Shown here piece after piece: positions 37,896 to 43,829 of a stretch of DNA of 43,829 nucleotides (position 1 is the first letter of the stretch; every line of letters starts with the position of its first letter). The DNA is taken from NCBI GenBank assembly GCA_003551925.1, contig PUOA01000076.1:1-43829 (forward strand), in the 5' to 3' direction. Under the pieces are notes generated by a model. The model searched no databases and was not told where the DNA came from. It saw only the letters and a program-made list of their open reading frames with translations. The stretch is from Paracoccaceae bacterium (lineage in GTDB: Bacteria; Pseudomonadota; Alphaproteobacteria; Rhodobacterales; Rhodobacteraceae). The position numbers were made by a program, and so were the translations under genes.

Positions 37896-39353
37896 ATGCG
37901 CGCACAGCCCCCCGCCAGCCACTATATCGACGGCGCTCCGGTCGAGGATACCGCCGGCGAGCCGATCGACGTGATCTACCCCTACACGGGCGAGGTGATC
38001 GCGCGCGTCCATGCCGCCACGCCCGCGGTGCTGGACCGCGCGCTCGATGCCGCGCGGCGCGCACAAGCGGATTGGGCCGCGCGCGCGCCGGTCGAGCGTG
38101 GACGGGTGCTGCGCCGCGCGGCCGAGCTGATGCGCGCGCGCAACCGCGCGCTGTCCGAGCTGGAAACGCTCGACACCGGCAAGCCGTTGCAGGAAACGCT
38201 GGTGGCGGACGCGACCTCGGGAGCGGATGCGCTGGAGTATTTCGGCGGCGCGGCGGCCACCGTGACCGGGCACACCATTCCGCTCGGCGGGGGCGATTTC
38301 GCCTACACGCTGCGCGAACCGCTGGGCGTCTGCGCGGGCATCGGCGCGTGGAACTACCCCACGCAGATCGCCTGCTGGAAGGCCGCGCCCGCGCTCGCCT
38401 TCGGCAACGCGATGGTGTTCAAGCCGTCCGAGCTGACGCCGCTGAGCGCGCTGCGCGTGGCCGAACTGCTGACCGAGGCGGGGCTGCCGCCGGGGCTGTT
38501 CAACGTGGTGCAGGGCGCCGGCGCGGTGGGGGCGGCGCTGGTGGGCGACGCGCGGGTCGACAAGGTTTCGCTCACCGGGTCGGTCGACACGGGGCGGCGG
38601 GTCTATGCGGCGGCGGCCGAGGGCATCCGCCACGTCACCATGGAACTCGGCGGCAAGTCGCCGCTGATCGTGTTCGACGACGCCTCGGTTGACGATGCGG
38701 TGGGCGCGGCGATGCTGGGCAATTTCTATTCGGCGGGGCAAGTGTGCTCGAACGGCACGCGTGTCTTCGTGCAGCGCGGGCTGGAGGCGCGGTTTCTGGA
38801 GCGGCTGACCGAGCGCAGCCGCGCGATCCTGCTTGGCGATCCGCTGGACGAGGCCACGCAGATGGGACCGTTGATCAGCGCCGGCCAGCGCGACCGCGTG
38901 ACGGGCTACATCCGCGCGGGCCTGGATGAAGGCGCCCGACTGGTCTGCGGCGGCGATCATGGCGGGCGCAATGACGGGTTCTTCGTGGCGCCCACGGTCT
39001 TTGCCGATGTGCACGACGACATGATCATCGCGCGCGAGGAGATCTTCGGGCCGGTGATGTGCGTGCTGGGCTTCGACGACGAGGCCGAGGTCCTGGCGCG
39101 CGCCAACGCCAGCCCCTTCGGACTTGCGGCGGGTGTGTTCACGCGCGACCTGAGCCGCGCGCACCGCGTTGTCGCCGGATTGGAGGCGGGTACCTGCTGG
39201 ATCAACAGCTATAATCTGACACCCGTGGAAATGCCGTTCGGGGGCGTCAAGGCTTCGGGTGTGGGGCGCGAAAACGGCCCGGCGGCGCTGGAGCACTACA
39301 CGCGGCTGAAAACGGTGCATGTGGGGATGGGAGGTGTCGATGCGCCCTACTGA
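37896..39353 (+). CDS. betB: Betaine aldehyde dehydrogenase
   Basis: [37 protein letters not shown] and EEIFGPV. Confidence 0.97.
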   Translation: MRAQPPASHYIDGAPVEDTAGEPIDVIYPYTGEVIARVHAATPAVLDRALDAARRAQADWAARAPVERGRVLRRAAELMRARNRALSELETLDTGKPLQETLVADATSGADALEYFGGAAATVTGHTIPLGGGDFAYTLREPLGVCAGIGAWNYPTQIACWKAAPALAFGNAMVFKPSELTPLSALRVAELLTEAGLPPGLFNVVQGAGAVGAALVGDARVDKVSLTGSVDTGRRVYAAAAEGIRHVTMELGGKSPLIVFDDASVDDAVGAAMLGNFYSAGQVCSNGTRVFVQRGLEARFLERLTERSRAILLGDPLDEATQMGPLISAGQRDRVTGYIRAGLDEGARLVCGGDHGGRNDGFFVAPTVFADVHDDMIIAREEIFGPVMCVLGFDDEAEVLARANASPFGLAAGVFTRDLSRAHRVVAGLEAGTCWINSYNLTPVEMPFGGVKASGVGRENGPAALEHYTRLKTVHVGMGGVDAPY

Positions 39354-39376
39354 TTTCGCCGACGTAAAGAGCCAGG

Positions 39377-39519
39377 GGGTGCTCCCGCCCGTCGTCGCCG
39401 GATCTGCGATCCGTCTCCTCCCGTTGGGCCGGGCAGCCGCGCGCAAGGCGCGCGGCTGCCCGGCCCAACGCCTGCGCGGGCGCACGGAACGTGCGGTCGC
39501 GCAGGGGGCGGGAGCGCCC
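39377..39519. repeat. 143-bp multi-hairpin element (REP/MITE-like) with 14-bp terminal inverted arms
   Basis: Arms GGGTGCTCCCGCCC and GGGCGGGAGCGCCC enclose three hairpins, including a perfect 23-bp stem (39422-39444 with 39448-39470). Confidence 0.8.
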
Positions 39520-39617
39520 GGAGTGCCGACGCACAGGTTGCTTGGCAAAGTGCTGAAGCTTTTCTGAGAGGCGGTTCAGGGGCAGGTCTGCCCTGAACGC
39601 GCCTGATCAAGTGTCTG

Positions 39618-39693
39618 GGTGGTCTGGCGCCGCGTCAAGGACGAGCCCCCTGCGGGGGTCGCTGCGCGATCCTTGACCCGGCGCCAGACCACC
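39618..39693. repeat. 76-bp palindromic element with 24-bp arms, directly upstream of the betA SD
   Basis: GGTGGTCTGGCGCCGcGTCAAGGA ... TCCTTGACcCGGCGCCAGACCACC (23/24), with an inner CCCCC-TGC-GGGGG hairpin. Confidence 0.8.
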
Positions 39694-39710
39694 TGCGGCG
39701 AGGACTGGTG

Positions 39711-41381
39711 ATGGAAGCGGATTTCGTGATCGTGGGCTCGGGATCGGGGGGATCAGCCGTGGCGTGGCGGTTGGCCGAAGCGGGCGCGCAAGTGCTGGTG
39801 CTCGAGGCCGGAGGCACCGATGCCGGCCCCTTCATCCAGATGCCCGGTGCCCTGTCCTATCCGATGAACATGCGCCGGTACGACTGGGGCTTCCGCACCG
39901 AGCCCGAGCCGCATCTGGGTGGGCGCGTGCTGGCCTGCCCGAGGGGGCGGGTGATCGGGGGATCGTCCTCGATCAACGGCATGGTCTATGTGCGCGGCCA
40001 TGCGCGCGACTTCGATCACTGGGCCGAGCATGGCGCCGACGGGTGGGGCTTCGCCGATGTCCTGCCGTATTTCCGGCGCATGGAGTGCTGGCATGGCGAG
40101 GCGAGCGGGGGGGCGCCTGCGCACAGCGCCTGGAGGGGCAGCGATGGCCCGCTCCATGTCACCCGCGGCGCTCGTGCCAACCCCTTGTTCCGTGCCTTCA
40201 TCGAGGCCGGGCGGCAGGCCGGTTACCCCGTCACTGACGACTACAACGGGGCGCAGCAGGAAGGGTTCGGCGCCATGGAGGCCACCATCTGGCGCGGGCG
40301 GCGCTGGTCGGCGGCGCAAGCCTATCTGCGCCCGGCCCTGCGGCGCGCCAACTGCCAGCTGATCCGCGCCGAGGCTCGGCGGGTGGTGTTCGAGGATGGC
40401 CGCGCGGTCGGTGTCGAGATCACCCGCCGTGGCGGTGCGACCGAGGTTGCGCGCGCCCGACGCGAGGTGATCCTTTCAGCGTCGAGCATCAACACGCCGA
40501 AGCTGTTGATGTTGTCGGGGATCGGCCCGGCCGCGCATCTGGCCGAGCACGGGATCACGGTGCGGGCCGACCGTCCCGGTGTGGGGGCCAACCTGCAGGA
40601 CCATCTGGAGCTCTACCTGCAATATGCCGCCCGCCAGCCGATCACGCTCTACAAATACTGGAACCTTCTGGGCAAGGCGTGGGTCGGCGCGCAATGGCTG
40701 CTGCTGCGTCGGGGACCGGGTGCGTCCAACCAGTTCGAGGCCGCGGCCTTCATCCGCTCGCGCGCGGGCATCGACTATCCCGACATCCAGTATCATTTCC
40801 TGCCCATCGCCGTGCGCTATGACGGCGCCGCGGTGGCCGAGGGGCACGGGTTCCAGACCCATGTCGGCCCCATGCGTTCGAAGAGTCGCGGGACGGTGCG
40901 GCTCGCCTCGGCCCGCCCCGAGGACGCGCCGCGGCTGTGCTTCAACTACATGAGCCACCGCGACGACTGGGCCGAGTTCCGCGCCTGCATCCGGCTGACG
41001 CGCGAGATCATGGCCCAGCCGGCCTTCGCGCCCTATCTCAGCCACGAGATCCAGCCTGGCGCCGAGGTTCAGGACGACGGCGCGCTTGACGATTTCATCC
41101 GCGAGCATGTGGAGAGCGCTTACCATCCCTGCGGCACGGCGCGGATGGGGCGCGCGGATGACCCGATGGCGGTGGTTGACCCGCAGGGCCGGGTGATCGG
41201 CGTCGAGGGGTTGCGCGTGGCCGACAGCTCGGTGTTCCCGCGCATCACCAACGGCAATCTCAACGCGCCCTCGATCATGGTGGGCGAGAAGATGGCGGAT
41301 CATATCCTTGGCCGGCCCCCGCTGCCGCGCGCCAATCTGCGCCCGTGGGTCCACCCGGACTGGGCGCATGCGCAGCGCTGA
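39711..41381 (+). CDS. betA: Choline dehydrogenase (GMC oxidoreductase)
   Basis: [35 protein letters not shown] and NGNLNAP. Confidence 0.97.
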   Translation: MEADFVIVGSGSGGSAVAWRLAEAGAQVLVLEAGGTDAGPFIQMPGALSYPMNMRRYDWGFRTEPEPHLGGRVLACPRGRVIGGSSSINGMVYVRGHARDFDHWAEHGADGWGFADVLPYFRRMECWHGEASGGAPAHSAWRGSDGPLHVTRGARANPLFRAFIEAGRQAGYPVTDDYNGAQQEGFGAMEATIWRGRRWSAAQAYLRPALRRANCQLIRAEARRVVFEDGRAVGVEITRRGGATEVARARREVILSASSINTPKLLMLSGIGPAAHLAEHGITVRADRPGVGANLQDHLELYLQYAARQPITLYKYWNLLGKAWVGAQWLLLRRGPGASNQFEAAAFIRSRAGIDYPDIQYHFLPIAVRYDGAAVAEGHGFQTHVGPMRSKSRGTVRLASARPEDAPRLCFNYMSHRDDWAEFRACIRLTREIMAQPAFAPYLSHEIQPGAEVQDDGALDDFIREHVESAYHPCGTARMGRADDPMAVVDPQGRVIGVEGLRVADSSVFPRITNGNLNAPSIMVGEKMADHILGRPPLPRANLRPWVHPDWAHAQR

Positions 41382-41412
41382 GTTGTGCGGTGTTGCGCTT
41401 CGGGCGCGGTGG

Positions 41413-41439
41413 TTAACGTGGCCTTAACGAAACCTTAAC
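41413..41439 (+). promoter_or_regulatory. Two overlapping CtrA boxes (three phased TTAAC half-sites)
   Basis: TTAAcgtggccTTAAcgaaaccTTAAC equals TTAA-N7-TTAAC twice, an exact consensus match. Confidence 0.8.
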
Positions 41440-41481
41440 CATTTTGTTGACGGCACTTGCCGGATCAGCGATTCGTCTCTC

Positions 41482-42180
41482 ATGTGGTGGCGTGTCGCGA
41501 TCCTGGCCGGGCTTCTGATGCTTCTGGCGCCGTTCCCGGGCGATGCCGGCCAGCAGGCGGGCGCGCCGGTGTTCACGGGCGTGACGCAGGTGATCGACGG
41601 CGACACACTGGACATCGGCGACACGCGGGTGCGGCTTGGCGGAATCGACGCGCCCGAGCGGTCCGAGCGTTGCGCCTTGCCCTCGGGCGCCGACTGGGCC
41701 TGCGGGCGCTGGGCGTGGCATGAGACCGAGCGGCTGTTGCAGGGGCGCATGCTTGCCTGCACCGATCTGGGCACGCGCAGCCACGACCGGGTGGTGGCGC
41801 GATGCACGCTCGACGGGCGCGACGTGGCCGATCTGCTGATTCGCCACGGTGTGGCGCGCATCTGCGAGCGCTTCGCGGCCGAACAGGGTGTGCTGGAGAC
41901 CTACCAGCGCGCCGAGGTGGCGGCGGCTGCACAGCAGGCCGGGATCTTCGGAGGGCCGCTCAACCCGCCGGCGGGGTTCTGCCGGCGTGCCGCGCCCGCG
42001 ACAGTGCAGGCCCCCGGCAGCGACTGCGCGATCAAGGGCAACGTGTCCGCCAACGGCCGCATCTATCACCTGCCGGGGCAGGCGCATTACGACCGTGTCA
42101 CCATGGCGCATCCGGACACGCGCTGGTTCTGCTCGGAAGCCGAGGCGCGCGCCGCTGGCTGGCGCCCGGCGCTGCGCTGA
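41482..42180 (+). CDS. Secreted thermonuclease (SNase-like) with C-terminal CxIKGN...WFCSE..A..AGWR domain (ExoI-like)
   Basis: Signal peptide; VIDGDTL and VRLGGIDAPE catalytic motifs; C-terminal CAIKGNVSANGRIYHLPG..RWFCSEAEARAAGWR. Confidence 0.9.
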   Translation: MWWRVAILAGLLMLLAPFPGDAGQQAGAPVFTGVTQVIDGDTLDIGDTRVRLGGIDAPERSERCALPSGADWACGRWAWHETERLLQGRMLACTDLGTRSHDRVVARCTLDGRDVADLLIRHGVARICERFAAEQGVLETYQRAEVAAAAQQAGIFGGPLNPPAGFCRRAAPATVQAPGSDCAIKGNVSANGRIYHLPGQAHYDRVTMAHPDTRWFCSEAEARAAGWRPALR

Positions 42181-42307
42181 GGCGCGTTTTCCTCGCGGGT
42201 TAAGGCGCGTGCTCCGCACAGTGGCTCTGCCTCCGCGCACGCTTGGCCCCCTGTGACGCGGCGGCGCGGTGCCATATCTGACGCGCATGGCAACGCAAGG
42301 TGGCGGC

Positions 42308-42871
42308 ATGAACAGTCTCGAAACCCGCGACGGGCTCCCCGAAGCGCTGCAGGTCCTGCTGCGCGAATATCCACGCGACATCTGGCACTCGCACCGCAAT
42401 TTCGACGGGCTGATCCGCTTCTGGCTGGAGCGGCACCTGATGTTCCGCGAGCTGCTGGAGCGGCTTCAGGGCCAGACGCAGGGCTTCATCGACGACAGCG
42501 CCGCGCCCGAACGCTTCGCGGCGAACACCGCGCGGCTGATGGGGTTCTTCCTCAACCAGCTCGACGGGCACCACAAGATCGAGGATCACCATTATTTCCC
42601 GAAGCTGGTGGGGCTCGAGGGGCGGCTGTCGACCGGGTTCGACCTGCTGGACAGCGACCACCACGCGCTTGACGGGGCGCTCCACGCGCTGGCCGAGGAC
42701 ACCAACACCCTGCTCGGTCACCTGCAGGCAGGCGAGGTCGGGGCCGGGCGCGATGCCGCCGGGCGGCTTGAGGCACGGCTTGACCGGTTTTCCGGGTTCC
42801 TTGACCGCCACCTGATCGACGAGGAGGATCTGGTGGTCCCGGTGCTGCTCCACCACGCGCCGCGGCTGTGA
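42308..42871 (+). CDS. Hemerythrin/HHE cation-binding domain protein (alternative start 42287)
   Basis: FWLERHLMFR, HHKIEDHHYFP, LDSDHHALD and RHLIDEEDLVVP metal-ligand helices. Confidence 0.88.
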   Translation: MNSLETRDGLPEALQVLLREYPRDIWHSHRNFDGLIRFWLERHLMFRELLERLQGQTQGFIDDSAAPERFAANTARLMGFFLNQLDGHHKIEDHHYFPKLVGLEGRLSTGFDLLDSDHHALDGALHALAEDTNTLLGHLQAGEVGAGRDAAGRLEARLDRFSGFLDRHLIDEEDLVVPVLLHHAPRL

Positions 42872-42877
42872 TCTGCG

Positions 42878-43829
42878 CTACGTCGCAGGGTGCCAGCGGC
42901 TGAGCACATCGGGGCCGACCGCCCGGTGCTCGACCAGTTCGAAGCGCGGCGCGTCACCGAGAGCTGCCAGCCCGAGCGGGCCCATCCCGGCGCGTGCGTC
43001 GCCCCCCAGCATCGCGCCGGCGCTGAACACGGCAAGCTCATCCACCAGCCCCGCACGCAGCAGGCTTGCAGCGAGCACCCCACCGCCTTCGCACAGCACC
43101 CGCGTCAGCCCGCGCGCGCCGAGCGCGCCGAGGACCGCTGCAGGGTCGAGGCCGGTTCCGTCGAGGGCCGGCGGAACGTCGATGAGCGTGGCGCCGCACC
43201 GGGTCCAGGCCATGCGCGCCGCTTCGGGGGCGTCGCGGCCGTGGAGCATCCACACCGGCGCCTCATGCGCCGAGCGGCCCAGCCGTGACGCGGCCGAAAG
43301 CTGCAAGCGCGGCTCGGCCACCACGCGGACCGGCTGCGCGGCCGCGCTCAGGTCGCGCGCGCGCAGGTCAGGGTCATCGGCGCGCGCGGTTCCGGCGCCG
43401 ACGAGCACCGCATCGTGGCGCGCGCGCAGGGCGTGGACCGCGCGGCGCGCCTCGGGTCCGGTGATCCAGCGGCTTTCGCCCGTGGCGGTGGCAATGCGCC
43501 CGTCCAGTGACAGCGCCAGCTTGAGCGTGAGCCACGGCCGCCCGGCGGTGACGCGCAGCAGGAACCCGGCATTCGCGGCGCGGGCCTCGGCCTCGCAGAC
43601 GCCTTCGGTCACGTCGATCCCGGCCGCGCGCAGCCGCGCGTGTCCGGCGCCCGCCACGCGCGGGTCGGGGTCGGTGAGCGCAGTGACCACGCGCGCCACG
43701 TTCGCCCCGATCAGCGCATCCACGCAGGGCGGTGTGCGCCCATGATGCGCGCAGGGTTCAAGGCTGACATAGACGGTGGCCCCGCGCGCCAGCTTGCCCG
43801 CCTGCGCCAGCGCCTGCGGCTCGGCGTGC
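42878..43829 (-). CDS. ribD: Riboflavin biosynthesis deaminase/reductase RibD, 5'-truncated by the window end
   Basis: The frame stays open to the window end: HAE...VSLEPCAHHGRTPPC, LKLALSLDG, SRWITG and CEGGG. Confidence 0.97.
   Translation of the reverse strand, partial: HAEPQALAQAGKLARGATVYVSLEPCAHHGRTPPCVDALIGANVARVVTALTDPDPRVAGAGHARLRAAGIDVTEGVCEAEARAANAGFLLRVTAGRPWLTLKLALSLDGRIATATGESRWITGPEARRAVHALRARHDAVLVGAGTARADDPDLRARDLSAAAQPVRVVAEPRLQLSAASRLGRSAHEAPVWMLHGRDAPEAARMAWTRCGATLIDVPPALDGTGLDPAAVLGALGARGLTRVLCEGGGVLAASLLRAGLVDELAVFSAGAMLGGDARAGMGPLGLAALGDAPRFELVEHRAVGPDVLSRWHPAT

Noticed and set aside
39377-39519. tRNA or known riboswitch
   Set aside because: Stems are far too long, with no T-loop, D-loop or CCA, and no conserved aptamer nucleotides I recognise. 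An Rfam search was not possible.
37266-39548. 760-aa antisense ORF, and similar long shadow ORFs (18587-20782, 11314-13089, 6826-8700, 24017-25759, 26731-28416)
   Set aside because: They lie opposite well-supported genes, lack motifs, and are expected from stop-codon scarcity in high-GC coding DNA.
39319-39610. Small ORFs in the betB-betA spacer
   Set aside because: No SD or recognisable motifs; the translations simply reflect the palindromic DNA.
42251-42289. RpoH-like -10 (CCATATCT) before the hemerythrin gene
   Set aside because: No convincing TTG -35 element at the right spacing.
1-43829. Mobile element, prophage, defence island or horizontally acquired segment
   Set aside because: No integrase, transposase, phage or defence genes, and no obvious compositional shift in coding regions.

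Overview
A very GC-rich (roughly 70% by eye) alphaproteobacterial chromosome segment, almost certainly Rhodobacteraceae. It is core or near-core genome: no transposase, integrase, phage gene, rRNA, tRNA or CRISPR array was seen. Gene order: partial IalB-family gene; class 3 asparaginase; mutL; the singlet-oxygen locus (chrR-rpoE divergent from a ufaD-ufaO-MFS-DUF3833-SDR operon, with both sigmaE promoters visible); DUF3775; M48 peptidase; ZIP transporter; valS; TDT transporter, exported rhodanese and bcp; queA-MFS; DUF924; lpdA; tyrS/anmK; a RutR-controlled pyrimidine degradation and uptake cluster; DUF6455-like protein; L,D-transpeptidase; cspA; choXWV/betIBA; a secreted thermonuclease; a hemerythrin-like protein; partial ribD. 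I cannot show a wholly new multi-gene system here. The strongest leads are non-coding: (1) two overlapping CtrA-consensus boxes before a secreted nuclease; (2) a 357-bp betB-betA spacer packed with nested inverted repeats; (3) a 17-bp inverted repeat reaching the lpdA ribosome-binding site; (4) an Irr/ICE-like box before the ZIP transporter; (5) an SqrR-like site between the TDT exporter and the rhodanese; (6) a possible leaderless long RpoE isoform. All family assignments come from motif recognition by eye, not database searches.
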